The notes beneath the pieces were generated by a model. The model was not told where the DNA came from. It did no database searches and saw only the letters and a program-made list of their open reading frames with translations. DNA of 64,000 nucleotides from a virus. The stretch spans positions 1 through 64,000 of IMG/VR virus record IMGVR_UViG_3300027971_000031; one strand, written 5' to 3'. Position 1 is the first letter of the stretch; each line of letters opens with the position of its first letter. The position numbers and the translations under genes are program-made. Positions 34,881-46,010 of the stretch are shown piece by piece.

Positions 34881-37082
34881 ATGGCTTTATATATAACTAT
34901 ACTTGAAGTTGGCGGTAACGTTGTGGTATCGGGTAGCGGTACCGTAAATCTGACAGGATTATCGGCTCCAACTTCTGATGCATTTCCTGATGCAATTGAC
35001 CCATCAACAGCCAGATTAATCATTGCCGATGGTAACGGCTCATATCCTGTTGATGTATACACAGGTTTATCAGGAGTTACTTCATTTGGTAGCGGTACTC
35101 TTACTTTAGGTGACTCAGCGGGTGCTGGTTCAAATACTTTTGGTTTTGATGGTACAAATGGGATTTTATATGTACCATCGGGTTATGTGTCTAATAGTGG
35201 AATAAGTGGTTCAACACAATATGACTTAGGAACTTATTTAAGTTTAGGTGTTACTGTTGGTACATATGTTTTTACATTACCAAATGATATCATAACACTA
35301 CAAATCGGACCTACTCCAACACCTACTCCAACACCAACTGAAACACCTACAAATACTCCAACTAATACTGAAACTCCAACACCTACTGTAACTGAAACAC
35401 CTACAAATACTCCAACTAATACTGCAAGTGTAACTCCAACAGTTACTAATACACCGACAGTAACTAAAACTCCAACAGGAACACCTTTACCTCCAGCAGT
35501 ATTAAATTTTACAATACAAGAAGTAGGTTCTGATGTCGTTGTGTCAGGAAGTGGAAGTGTTAACACATCATTTTTAACGTTTCAATACACTCAATTTGAT
35601 AATGCCTTTATAGCCGAAAACACAGCAACATTACTTGTGGCGGATGGAGATTATGATGCATACTCTCAAATATCAGGCCCAAGAAGGTTTGGTCCTAACA
35701 GTAAGACTAATTTTGCCAATTCATTCAGTGGAGATGCGTTTGGATTTGAAGGTCAAAATGTTTCCAGGTTAGTTTATGTACCATCAGGATATACATCTAA
35801 TTCACCTTTAAATGGTGTATCAACATATAATAATAAAACAATATCAGCAGACTTTGGATTTTCTGCTGTAACGTATACTTGGACATATAGTGGAGGTTCA
35901 ATTAACTTAGATGTTATTTTACCACCAACTCCAACACCAACATCTACACCAACTCAAACTACAACACCTACAAATACACCAACTACTACGGCAACAAATA
36001 CACCAACTAATACTGCAACTCAAACTCAAACAAGTACACCTGCAGTAACTACAACGCCTACAAATACACCAACTACTACGGCAACAAATACACCAACTAA
36101 TACTACGACTCAAACTCAAACCCCAACTAATACTGCGACTCCTACTAATACCGCAAGTAGTGGAGGGGTAACTCCAACTAATACTGCAACCCCAACTAAT
36201 ACACCAACAGTAACTAAAACTCCAACTAATACCGCCACTCCTACTAATACTACAACTAATACCGCCACTCCTACCAACACTTCAACACAAACTCAAACTC
36301 CAACAAATACACCAACACCAAGTAATACACCTGGTGTATGTAAAACATATCAGTTATATGGCGGTTCTACTGACACAACATTTGTAGGTAAAAATTGTGA
36401 TGGATTCCCATTCCAAGTACGAGTTCAAGCATTTCAAACACTTACAACATGTGCAACGGAAGTAATTATAATTCAAGGAGATGGTTATTATGTTTCTATT
36501 GGTTCATGCCCATTACCAACACCAACACCAACAGTAACACCAACAAATACCGCAAGTAATACACCAACACCATCAGTAACAACAACTAAAACACCAACAC
36601 AAACAGGAACTGCTGCAGTCACCTCAACTCAAACTCCTACACAAACTCAAACTCCTACACAAACTCAAACAGGGACTGCGTCTGTAACGTCAACACCTAC
36701 ACCAACTAAAACACCGACACAAACAGGAACTCCAACAGGAACTGCATCGGTTACACCTACACCAACTAAAACACCGACCTCAACTCCAACTCAAACAGGA
36801 ACTGCATCGGTTACACCTACACCAACTAAAACTCCAACACCTACAGGAACTGCATCGGTTACACCTACACCAACACCAACATATTGGTTTACAGGATTTT
36901 CAGCTGACCAACAATATGAATATACTGTTGGGATGTTAGGTAACTTTAGTGGAGGTTCAATCAACGAGGGTGGACCTGCAAACGGAATTGCTCCTCACCC
37001 TATATTCTTAGGTAATGATGGAGTACCAGTACAACAATTAAACGGGATTACCATTGGAGGTTTCCAAGGATTAAATAACTAA
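34881..37082 (+). CDS. Thr/Pro-rich repeat protein with duplicated beta-rich domain (putative virion surface protein)
   Basis: two copies of I.EVG..VVVSGSG.VN...YVPSGY.SN domain separated by long TPTxTPT linkers. Confidence 0.7.
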   Translation: MALYITILEVGGNVVVSGSGTVNLTGLSAPTSDAFPDAIDPSTARLIIADGNGSYPVDVYTGLSGVTSFGSGTLTLGDSAGAGSNTFGFDGTNGILYVPSGYVSNSGISGSTQYDLGTYLSLGVTVGTYVFTLPNDIITLQIGPTPTPTPTPTETPTNTPTNTETPTPTVTETPTNTPTNTASVTPTVTNTPTVTKTPTGTPLPPAVLNFTIQEVGSDVVVSGSGSVNTSFLTFQYTQFDNAFIAENTATLLVADGDYDAYSQISGPRRFGPNSKTNFANSFSGDAFGFEGQNVSRLVYVPSGYTSNSPLNGVSTYNNKTISADFGFSAVTYTWTYSGGSINLDVILPPTPTPTSTPTQTTTPTNTPTTTATNTPTNTATQTQTSTPAVTTTPTNTPTTTATNTPTNTTTQTQTPTNTATPTNTASSGGVTPTNTATPTNTPTVTKTPTNTATPTNTTTNTATPTNTSTQTQTPTNTPTPSNTPGVCKTYQLYGGSTDTTFVGKNCDGFPFQVRVQAFQTLTTCATEVIIIQGDGYYVSIGSCPLPTPTPTVTPTNTASNTPTPSVTTTKTPTQTGTAAVTSTQTPTQTQTPTQTQTGTASVTSTPTPTKTPTQTGTPTGTASVTPTPTKTPTSTPTQTGTASVTPTPTKTPTPTGTASVTPTPTPTYWFTGFSADQQYEYTVGMLGNFSGGSINEGGPANGIAPHPIFLGNDGVPVQQLNGITIGGFQGLNN

Positions 37083-37101
37083 AAAATAAATAAAAACAAA
37101 T

Positions 37102-38403
37102 ATGTCAAACTTAAAACCAATTGGAAGTGAAAAACTTACAGGCCAAGACAAAATAAATAGAATTATGGAAATTGCTCGTTTTAACGAAGTGACTCCTAAG
37201 TCTATAAATGAAAATGCGACTTCAGAGTATTCAATTTCTCTTGCTGACGGAAATAATTATCAAATTGTTAGAGAAAGACAAGGGTATATTATCAAAAAAA
37301 CCATTTCAGAATCTGAAACGGATTATATTGAACCTATGAAAAATAGAAAATACTATTCTTCATATTCTCAAGCATTTAAAAGATTAAATCTTGTTGCTGG
37401 TGAATTAAATAGACTTAATGAAAACGAAGAAGGTGTTTCATTATATGGTGAACAAAAAAGGTTCACTTTAAAAACTCCAAAACCAGCGGCACCTGAAATG
37501 CCTGCAGGACCACCAGCAGAATTACCTGCAGCTCCCCCAGCGGTCCCAAGTCCTGAATTGCCACCATCACCAATGGGTGATATGGGTGGTGAAGATATGG
37601 GTATGGATGACATGCCTATGGATGATATGGATGACATGGGTGTTGAAGATATTGATGTTGACGTAGATGTTGATGCAGAAGAAGGTGGAAACGAAGACCA
37701 AGTAACATTTAAAACAATCCAAAAATTAACAGGAAAATTGACTCAAAAAATCAGAACTCTTGATACTGAACAAGGTATGACATCTGAAGATATTAAATAC
37801 GTTATCAACATGGTATTATCTTCACTTGATTTAACTTCATTATCTGAAGAAGATATGGAGGATATCATGAGTAAATTTGAAGAAGATGAGACTGAAGATT
37901 TTGGTCAAGAAGATGATATGGACGGTGAAGATATGACTGACGATAGTGAAGTTGAAGATATTCAAGCTGATATGGATGTACCTGTTGAAGGTTATGAAAT
38001 GGGTGAAGATTATGAAGATAGTCGTTATTCTGAAGATTATGATGAGGATTATGATTCAAAAAGAGTAAAAGGTTATTCAAACAACGGAGCAATCTTTGAT
38101 AGTATCTTTGGTGAATCACAAGTAGATAAAGTTATTTCAAAATACTTTGAAGTTTCTAAATCAGAAATTAGAGAACAAAAAGAAAAACAAGTACAAAAAC
38201 AAGTACAAAAAAGAACAATCGTGAAAACTATCATGGAATCAGTAACAAAAATGACTGAGACTATCGAACAAGAATTAGCGGCTGAAAAATTTGTAAAAGA
38301 AAATATTAATTCTAAATTTATTGGTGTTACTAATAAAAAGAATTTAGTATTTGAAACTAAATCAGGTCAAGTTAAAATCACACCAAACGGAGAAATTTTA
38401 TGA
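37102..38403 (+). CDS. acidic head-assembly-region protein
   Basis: position upstream of terminase; low-complexity D/M/P segments. Confidence 0.6.
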   Translation: MSNLKPIGSEKLTGQDKINRIMEIARFNEVTPKSINENATSEYSISLADGNNYQIVRERQGYIIKKTISESETDYIEPMKNRKYYSSYSQAFKRLNLVAGELNRLNENEEGVSLYGEQKRFTLKTPKPAAPEMPAGPPAELPAAPPAVPSPELPPSPMGDMGGEDMGMDDMPMDDMDDMGVEDIDVDVDVDAEEGGNEDQVTFKTIQKLTGKLTQKIRTLDTEQGMTSEDIKYVINMVLSSLDLTSLSEEDMEDIMSKFEEDETEDFGQEDDMDGEDMTDDSEVEDIQADMDVPVEGYEMGEDYEDSRYSEDYDEDYDSKRVKGYSNNGAIFDSIFGESQVDKVISKYFEVSKSEIREQKEKQVQKQVQKRTIVKTIMESVTKMTETIEQELAAEKFVKENINSKFIGVTNKKNLVFETKSGQVKITPNGEIL

Positions 38404-38795
38404 GTTATTTAACTTATGTTAATGGACTAGGTCCTAACTATAAGGGAGACAATTTGTATGAGTTTATTTTTTCAGATAGTTTGGATGTTTGGGGAGATTC
38501 ATGGGAAAGTAAACCCTCCAATGGATATCCAACACCACCTGAAATAAAATATATTAAGAAAGTAGGAGTTCTGAAAGATACTGATTTAAAATTGGAATTG
38601 ATTCAGAACTCCGATTTTTTTTGTATGATAGACGCGATAGATGATATTGTTGCATTAGCATGGGAAGCCGAAGAAACTGAAGGACAAAAAAGATTGGTTT
38701 TTAGATTTGGAAGTACCGAACAAGAAATAAAAGATAAACTCTACGAAAGAGATTTAATTTTAGAATTTGAAAAAAAAGTAGTATATGAAAACTAA
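38400..38795 (+). CDS. hypothetical protein
   Basis: ORF track; overlapping start/stop. Confidence 0.6.
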   Translation: MSYLTYVNGLGPNYKGDNLYEFIFSDSLDVWGDSWESKPSNGYPTPPEIKYIKKVGVLKDTDLKLELIQNSDFFCMIDAIDDIVALAWEAEETEGQKRLVFRFGSTEQEIKDKLYERDLILEFEKKVVYEN

Positions 38796-39585
38796 TATAA
38801 AAGCACTCAAGTTGGTTGAAAAAGGATTATCATCCAATACAGTTAGTAAATTAACTGAATCACAAATTAATATTTTATACTCAAAATTATTGGGAGAACA
38901 AGTTCAAGAAATGCCAACTAAAAAAAGTTATCAAGTTGGGCCTGACGGTGGAAATTTGCCTGCAGCTCCAAAAGGATATAATGTAAAAAAAACTACAACA
39001 GGTGATGTTATCGCAACTCCAAATGAATCTGAATTGGAGGAAGATGCCGATTTAGATGATTCTGCAGAAAAAGAAGGTGGTTTTGACCCTTACGCAGGTA
39101 ATAGTGTTGGAAATGACGACGGACCATCTAGTGATGATGGATTTGGTGGTGGAGAAGATGGTATGGGTATGTTTGAAGAAAAAGACGGAGAACCAAATCC
39201 ATGGGCTATTTGTCACGCACAAGTTGGTCCAAGAAAATCAAGGAAATGGGAAAGATGTGTAATGTCAGTAAAAAAACAATTGAAGGAAGGAAAAAATCCC
39301 GTATCTTTGTTCTTAGAATCTCAAATAGAAAAAATAGTGGAAAGAAACATGCCTCCAAAAATCACTAAAGGTGATTTAATCAAGTACATTGTTGAAGCAA
39401 GTCCTGCACCTGCACCAACAACAAAACCAGCACCAACAAAACCTGGCACAAAACCAGGTAAAAGACCAAACCCTTTCAAAAATCCAAATCCTGGTGAAAA
39501 TCCCGCACCAAAAGCGAAAAAAGTTTCACCTGAAGACGCAAAAGAAAAAGTGATTGATGTAATAATGCAACTATTAGAAAAATAA
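38785..39585 (+). CDS. hypothetical protein
   Basis: NPWAICHAQ...KWERCV motif; Pro-rich tail. Confidence 0.6.
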   Translation: MKTNIKALKLVEKGLSSNTVSKLTESQINILYSKLLGEQVQEMPTKKSYQVGPDGGNLPAAPKGYNVKKTTTGDVIATPNESELEEDADLDDSAEKEGGFDPYAGNSVGNDDGPSSDDGFGGGEDGMGMFEEKDGEPNPWAICHAQVGPRKSRKWERCVMSVKKQLKEGKNPVSLFLESQIEKIVERNMPPKITKGDLIKYIVEASPAPAPTTKPAPTKPGTKPGKRPNPFKNPNPGENPAPKAKKVSPEDAKEKVIDVIMQLLEK

Positions 39586-39588
39586 TTT

Positions 39589-40869
39589 ATGGCAAGGAAA
39601 TTAAAAGAACAGATTGATTACGGGACAACTCCTGAAAGAATGGACCCAAATTTAGAAAGAAAATTATCTAGTCCTGATAGTCTTTACGCAACAAACCCAG
39701 CAATGAAAAAAGGTGCTGCGGATGTAGAAAGATTAGTTAGTAAAAGATTTCAAAAAGTTGCAGATAAATTACGTCAAGTAACAGGTATTGAAGATTTGAG
39801 TTCTAAACAAGTACAAGGAATGGTTTATCAAGAAATGATGAGAAAACTTCCTAATATCATGAGAATTGAGGCGGCTAACAGAGATGAGTTAATCGAATTG
39901 GCAAAAGAGGCGTCTTTAGATGATGCTGAAGTCCCTAAAGGAAGATACCAAATTGAAGCTAGTTTAGGTATGCCTGATACTGGTAATTTTAGAATGGAAC
40001 CTGAAGATGATGAAGACGAGGAAGAAGAAGGAGAGGAAAAATTACAATTTCCATCTTTTGACCTTGATGAATTAACTGATGAAGAAATTTTAGAATTAGA
40101 AAAACACAAAAGAAATATTATCAACGCACTTATTCAAGGAGCTGCCAAGAAAGGACATTACCTTTTTCAAAAACCTGAAATTAAATCAAGATTAGATGCT
40201 ATTGACCCATCTTTATATGGAGATTACTTAGGTATTATGGCAATCAATGATTTTTTATATTTTAGTATGGAACAGATGATTGAACAAATGAGTCAAACTG
40301 GTCAAGGTGTTGCAGGTAAAGTTGAATTAGATGATGCCGATGATGAAGGTGAGGAAGGTGAAGAACAACCTGATACTAAAATCATTGCAACAGGATTAAT
40401 TTTCCCAATTCTGTGTCATGAAATTATTAAAGGTTTAGAAGAAGCTAAAGGTAGAGCTGGTTTACCATCAGACCCTGGTATGAGAGAAAAAGTATTAGGT
40501 CAAACTGATGTATTATCAAACGAACCAATGCAATTACGTATCGGACCTGAAATTGTTGAAAAAATACGTTTCGCATTACCTGATGATGTTTTTGAACCTC
40601 AATATAAAGGATTAATAAATTTTTTTCATGTATTACTATATCAAATAGACGCTAAAGAATTCTTAGAAATTATTGGAAATGCCATCTCTGAAGATTCTTC
40701 TAAACTTGGTAAAGCTAAAAAACGATTTGAAGAAATTGTTAGAGAAGCCAAACAAATGCAAGAAGAATTTGAAAATTATAAGGAAGAAGAAGAAATTGAT
40801 TCTGATGAAGACGATGATGAAGGTTTAGATGATTTCTTGAGTGGTTTAGGCATAACAAGACCTAAATAA
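39589..40869 (+). CDS. hypothetical protein directly upstream of terminase
   Basis: 426-aa ORF. Confidence 0.6.
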   Translation: MARKLKEQIDYGTTPERMDPNLERKLSSPDSLYATNPAMKKGAADVERLVSKRFQKVADKLRQVTGIEDLSSKQVQGMVYQEMMRKLPNIMRIEAANRDELIELAKEASLDDAEVPKGRYQIEASLGMPDTGNFRMEPEDDEDEEEEGEEKLQFPSFDLDELTDEEILELEKHKRNIINALIQGAAKKGHYLFQKPEIKSRLDAIDPSLYGDYLGIMAINDFLYFSMEQMIEQMSQTGQGVAGKVELDDADDEGEEGEEQPDTKIIATGLIFPILCHEIIKGLEEAKGRAGLPSDPGMREKVLGQTDVLSNEPMQLRIGPEIVEKIRFALPDDVFEPQYKGLINFFHVLLYQIDAKEFLEIIGNAISEDSSKLGKAKKRFEEIVREAKQMQEEFENYKEEEEIDSDEDDDEGLDDFLSGLGITRPK

Positions 40870-40874
40870 AATGT

Positions 40875-42635
40875 GTGAATAAAGAACAACTGATTATAGA
40901 GTTAACGAAGTGTATGAGGAATACTCCTTATGCACTTCGAACTTATTTACAGACATACGATAATACCGTATCAAAATACGTCCCATTAGATTTATTCCCC
41001 GACCAAGTTAGTTTAATCGAAGATTACGACAAACACAATGAAAATATTGCGTTAAAGTATCGTCAGGCGGGTGTAACAACCGTAACCGCAGCTTGGATAT
41101 CAAAAAAATTGGCATTCGCCCAAAAGAACAAACCTGAAAAAATTCTTATTATTGCCAACAAGTTAGATACGTCAATGGAGATGGCTAACAAAGTTAGAGG
41201 GTTTACCGAACAATGGCCTGCGTGGGTTGGTATTTCATTTTCAAAAGAAAAAAACTCTCAAAGACACTTTAAACTTAATAATAATTGTGAAGTTAAAGCC
41301 GTTGCAACATCAAAAGATGCCTTGAGGGGTTATACTCCTACCATTCTTGTATTTGATGAGGCGGCGTTTATCGAGGCAGACTCAGATTTCTGGTCAGCTT
41401 GTATGGCATCCCTATCTACAGGGGGTAAAGTTATCGTTGTGTCTACACCAAACGGATATGACCAAATCTATTATGAAATCTACGACCAGTCATTAAGAAA
41501 CATGAACGATTTTAAAATATCTGAGATGTTTTGGTATCGTGACCCAAGATATACAAAAGATTTGTATATGGTTAAAACTCCTGACTTGGTACATTTTCTA
41601 TTAAACAGAGAAGAATATAATGATAAAGATATCATTAGTTTGTCGATGGATAATCCATACGAAAGAGACCACTCTGTCGTAACTGACTATATTGAACAAG
41701 GATACAAACCATGTTCTGCTTGGTTTGAGGGGATGGTTAAGAAGTTAAAGTTTGATAGAAGAAAAGTAGCACAGGAATTAGAATGTGACTTTTTAGGTTC
41801 GGGTGATAATGTATTCGAATCTGAATTGATGCAAGAAATATCTAAAAATACTTTACGTGAACCACAAGCCAAACTAATGGGAGGTTCCCTATGGATATTT
41901 AAAGAGCCTGTAAACGGACATAAGTACGTAATGGGTGTCGATGTATCAAGAGGTGACTCTGAGGACTTCTCGTGTATCCAAATCATCGATTTTGATGAAA
42001 GGGAACAGGTATTAGAATATGTTGCCAAAGTTCCGCCAGATGTTGTGGCAGAAATTGCTTATAAATGGGGAACAATGTACAATGCTTACTGTGTTATTGA
42101 TATTACAGGAGGTATGGGTATTTCCACATCAAGAAAATTACAAGAATTATCATATCAAGCCGGATTATATGTTGACAATGTTGATACGACTAATAAATGG
42201 AAATGGGACCCAAAAATTAATGACAGAATACCAGGTATTAACTTTAACTCAAAAAGGGTTCAAATTATCTCGGCGTTTGAAGAAAATGTTAGACATGGAT
42301 TTAAAGTATATTCAAATAGATTATACAATGAAATGAATACATTCATTTATATTAACGGAAGACCTGACCACCAAAAAGGTCATCATGATGACTGTATCAT
42401 GGGGGTTTCTATGGCGTTATATGTTGCGGAAAAATCATTCCAATCTTTGGAAAAGGTTACCAATCATACTAAAGCCATGATTAACTCATGGGCCACTAAC
42501 GTTAATGAAAACAAAAACTCTTCTGAATTCTTTAATCCAATGGTTCCTCAAATGGGTAGAGGTAATGGTATGGGTAATAATGGTGAAGCTACTAAAGCAG
42601 ATTACCAAAAGTACGGATGGCTATTTGGTGGATAA
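40875..42635 (+). CDS. terminase large subunit (T4 gp17-like)
   Basis: LKYRQAGVTT Walker A, LVFDEAAF Walker B, STPNG, GVDVSRG, HDDCIM nuclease motifs. Confidence 0.95.
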   Translation: MNKEQLIIELTKCMRNTPYALRTYLQTYDNTVSKYVPLDLFPDQVSLIEDYDKHNENIALKYRQAGVTTVTAAWISKKLAFAQKNKPEKILIIANKLDTSMEMANKVRGFTEQWPAWVGISFSKEKNSQRHFKLNNNCEVKAVATSKDALRGYTPTILVFDEAAFIEADSDFWSACMASLSTGGKVIVVSTPNGYDQIYYEIYDQSLRNMNDFKISEMFWYRDPRYTKDLYMVKTPDLVHFLLNREEYNDKDIISLSMDNPYERDHSVVTDYIEQGYKPCSAWFEGMVKKLKFDRRKVAQELECDFLGSGDNVFESELMQEISKNTLREPQAKLMGGSLWIFKEPVNGHKYVMGVDVSRGDSEDFSCIQIIDFDEREQVLEYVAKVPPDVVAEIAYKWGTMYNAYCVIDITGGMGISTSRKLQELSYQAGLYVDNVDTTNKWKWDPKINDRIPGINFNSKRVQIISAFEENVRHGFKVYSNRLYNEMNTFIYINGRPDHQKGHHDDCIMGVSMALYVAEKSFQSLEKVTNHTKAMINSWATNVNENKNSSEFFNPMVPQMGRGNGMGNNGEATKADYQKYGWLFGG

Positions 42636-42675
42636 TAAGTATTTATATTATCAAAGTAATTAGTAAAATTGTAAT

Positions 42676-44529
42676 ATGAGTGAACAAAATCTAACGGTCT
42701 GGCAGAGGCTATCGCAAACATTCGGCCCAAATTCACTGTTGAAACAGGACTATCCGACTTTTAAGTTTGATAAAAAAGAACTTCTGCGTACGCCAAATCG
42801 TGATGATTATGAGAGAGAAAAACTTCAAGCACAACAAACATTTTATTTAACAAATCAATGGGCTAAAGTTGAAAACAACTTATATTCTCAAGCGATTTAT
42901 TATGAACCATCAAGATTATCTGCTCAGTATGATTATGAATCGATGGAATATACTCCTGAAATTTCTGCAGCATTAGACATTTATTCTGAAGAATCTACAA
43001 CAACAAATGAAGATGGTTTTATTCTTCAAATTTATTCTGAGTCAAAAAGAATTAAATCAGTATTAGCTGATTTATTTAACAATGCCCTTGACATCAATAC
43101 TAACTTACAAATGTGGACAAGAAACACTTGTAAGTATGGTGATAATTTTGTTTATATGAAATTAGACCCTGAAAAAGGTATTGTTGGTTGTCAACAATTA
43201 CCAACAATTGAAATTGAACGTCATGAGGTTGGTGTAACCGCTAAGATTACTGTGGATATCACACAGGAACAAGACCAGAATAAGAAGGCTCTTCACTTTA
43301 CTTGGAAAAACAGAAACATGGAATTCCAATCATGGGAGATTGCTCACTTTAGATTATTAGGTGATGACAGAAAACTTCCATATGGTACATCAATGTTAGA
43401 AAAAGCAAGACGTATTTGGAAACAGTTATTGTTATCAGAAGATGCCATGTTAATCTATCGTACATCAAGAGCACCTGAAAGAAGAATGTTTAAAGTGTTT
43501 GTGGGTAACATGAATGACGATGATGTTGAAGCATACGTAAACCGTGTTGCGAACAAATTTAAAAGAGAACAAATTGTGGACGCTAAAACAGGAAACGTAG
43601 ATATGAGATTCAACCAAATGGCGGTTGACCAAGATTACTTCATTCCAGTTCGTGACCCTGCAGCACCAGACCCAATTACAACATTACCCGGAGCTACAAA
43701 CTTATCAGAAATTGCCGATATTGAATATATCCAAAAGAAATTATTAACCGCACTTCGTGTTCCTAAGGCATTCTTAGGATTTGAAGAAGTTGTTGGTGAT
43801 GGTAAAAACTTATCATTACAAGATATCCGTTTTGCTCGTACAATCAACAGAATTCAAAAAAGTATGATTGCCGAGTTAAATAAAATTGCAATTGTTCACT
43901 TATTTTTATTAGGATTTGAAGATGAATTACAAAACTTTACATTAGGTTTATCTAATCCATCAACACAAGCCGATTTATTAAAAATTGACGTATGGAAAGA
44001 AAAAGTGTTATTGTATAAAGATTTGGTTGCCGACCCAGGAAATGGTATTCAACCTACATCATCAACTTGGGCTAAGAAACATATCTTTAACTGGTCTGAT
44101 GAAGAAATCAGATTGGATTTACAACAACAAAGAATTGAAAGAGCTGTTGGAGAGGAACTTAAAGCAACTCCGACAGTTATTACCAAAACAGGATTATTTG
44201 ATAATATTGATAAGTTATATGGTAATCCGTCTGGGTCAACTGCAAATGCTGCGACAACTACAGATAGTGAAAATACGGGTGCCGTACCATCATTTGGAGG
44301 AGGAGGTTTTGAAACAGCTCCACCACCAGCAGGTGAAGAAGCTCCACCAGCAGGAGGTGAAACAGCACCGCCACCAGCAGGTGAAGTAACACCTGAATCT
44401 AAAAGAGCAAATATGAATATTTTATTAGAAAATAATTTTGCAGAAAAATCAAGATTTTTAAATTTGAATCAAGGTCAAGATTCTTTGGGAGAAATTTCAA
44501 AAGAATTGGATAAGTTACTAAATTCGTAA
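42676..44529 (+). CDS. portal protein (T4 gp20-like)
   Basis: EDAMLIYRTSRAPERRMF, DYFIPVR, ITTLPG, DIEYIQKKL. Confidence 0.95.
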   Translation: MSEQNLTVWQRLSQTFGPNSLLKQDYPTFKFDKKELLRTPNRDDYEREKLQAQQTFYLTNQWAKVENNLYSQAIYYEPSRLSAQYDYESMEYTPEISAALDIYSEESTTTNEDGFILQIYSESKRIKSVLADLFNNALDINTNLQMWTRNTCKYGDNFVYMKLDPEKGIVGCQQLPTIEIERHEVGVTAKITVDITQEQDQNKKALHFTWKNRNMEFQSWEIAHFRLLGDDRKLPYGTSMLEKARRIWKQLLLSEDAMLIYRTSRAPERRMFKVFVGNMNDDDVEAYVNRVANKFKREQIVDAKTGNVDMRFNQMAVDQDYFIPVRDPAAPDPITTLPGATNLSEIADIEYIQKKLLTALRVPKAFLGFEEVVGDGKNLSLQDIRFARTINRIQKSMIAELNKIAIVHLFLLGFEDELQNFTLGLSNPSTQADLLKIDVWKEKVLLYKDLVADPGNGIQPTSSTWAKKHIFNWSDEEIRLDLQQQRIERAVGEELKATPTVITKTGLFDNIDKLYGNPSGSTANAATTTDSENTGAVPSFGGGGFETAPPPAGEEAPPAGGETAPPPAGEVTPESKRANMNILLENNFAEKSRFLNLNQGQDSLGEISKELDKLLNS

Positions 44530-44537
44530 TATTTATA

Positions 44538-45254
44538 TTGAAAATAGACAAAATGACTTTCGGACAAATTAAATCCATAATTGAAAACAATTTATTAGAA
44601 TCCTACAAAAATGAGCAGGAATTTAAAAAATCGTTAAAAGAGTTCAAACATAATGTTTTGAACAATAAGAATATGTCAAAATTATATTCTTTATACGACC
44701 AATTAACTACACCTCAAGGATTAACCGAAGCCGATGCAAAAGATTTCTTGGAAGAAGGGATTACCTTAATTCAAAAATTGGTGCCAACAATTAAAACACC
44801 AAAAACAACATATGAGAATGTTTCAAACAAATATTCTGATATTGATTCGTTAGTTTATACTAACAAATTGGATTTAATGGAAAGAGTTCAATCAAAGAAG
44901 ACTTTGATTAAGACATTGGTTTCACAAAAACCTGAAACTATAAAGGAATCAATTAATATTCCTTTAAAATCTATGGTTAGTATTGCAAACCAAACAATGA
45001 AGGGTTATCTTGATAATCTTGACGAATCAACCAAAAAAGAATTCATCCAATTAATGTCTGAAGATACTTCATTACTTCAAGAAAAATTTGAAACTTTAAA
45101 AGAAAGTACAATCTCTAAATTGAACACTCTATTAGAAAACGAAAATGAATTTGAAATTAAGACAAAATTGTCTGAAACAATTGATAGATTGAAAGTTGAA
45201 AAATTTGACCAACTTAATTTCCTTAAGTTAAAGAACTTAGAAGAATCAATCTAA
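44538..45254 (+). CDS. hypothetical head-module protein
   Basis: ORF between portal and bS21. Confidence 0.6.
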   Translation: MKIDKMTFGQIKSIIENNLLESYKNEQEFKKSLKEFKHNVLNNKNMSKLYSLYDQLTTPQGLTEADAKDFLEEGITLIQKLVPTIKTPKTTYENVSNKYSDIDSLVYTNKLDLMERVQSKKTLIKTLVSQKPETIKESINIPLKSMVSIANQTMKGYLDNLDESTKKEFIQLMSEDTSLLQEKFETLKESTISKLNTLLENENEFEIKTKLSETIDRLKVEKFDQLNFLKLKNLEESI

Positions 45255-45434
45255 TTTAGATTTCATCTTTTGAACGTAAGAAGCTTTCAACTTTTGTTGT
45301 CTTCTTTCCACCGACTTTTTAACAAATTCTTTTTTACCAAACAACATCTGATTTTGTTTAGTTTTAATTACTTTTGACTTTAATGTCTTTAGGGCCCTTT
45401 CTATCCCATCTTTTTTTACATCTACTTTTAACAT
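45246..45434 (-). CDS. rpsU: ribosomal protein bS21
   Basis: MLKVDVKKDGIERALKTLKSKV...KEFVKKSVERR; basic 62-aa protein. Confidence 0.88.
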   Translation of the reverse strand: MLKVDVKKDGIERALKTLKSKVIKTKQNQMLFGKKEFVKKSVERRQQKLKASYVQKMKSKLD

Positions 45435-45533
45435 ATAATACAAATATCTTAATATTTCAGAAAGTTTTTGACAATAGAACTAATTTTTATTATTATTTTA
45501 ACAAATAAATAAACATTGACAATATGAAACTTA

Positions 45534-45965
45534 ATGAAAAAAGGAAAAAGTGTAAAGTTAAATCTGTATAATCCAATTAAATCTGTCTACGGAACAGTAG
45601 ATTCAAAAAATTTAAAATCATTATACATTAACATACAATCATGGGTAACACCTAAATTTGAACATAACAATTGGAATAGAGTTGTTTGTAATCTTAGCCG
45701 AGATATTAAACATTCGGTATTCAACTCAATAAACCACGAATTATTTAAAGAACAAAGTATAGTTGATTTGGACCTTAGGACAAGTGGTATTTCACACGGT
45801 AAAAAATCTTTTTTAAACTTAGAGGTTAATTTATATACCAACAATGAAATAGATTTTAAATGTCCTGAAATAAAAGATTCGGTTAAAGCAATCATTAAAA
45901 ACATAGTTAAAGAGAATGTAATCCAAAACAAATACTTCGAATTTTCACCTTCTAAAAACGATTAA
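45534..45965 (+). CDS. hypothetical protein
   Basis: ORF track. Confidence 0.6.
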   Translation: MKKGKSVKLNLYNPIKSVYGTVDSKNLKSLYINIQSWVTPKFEHNNWNRVVCNLSRDIKHSVFNSINHELFKEQSIVDLDLRTSGISHGKKSFLNLEVNLYTNNEIDFKCPEIKDSVKAIIKNIVKENVIQNKYFEFSPSKND

Positions 45966-46010
45966 TATTAAAAAGATAGTAATATCGTATATTTATCTTA
46001 AAAAGAATTC

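Noticed and set aside
35300-36880. Repetitive DNA as a possible CRISPR array or satellite
   Set aside because: The repeats are in-frame Thr/Pro codons, with no constant repeat and unique spacer pattern.
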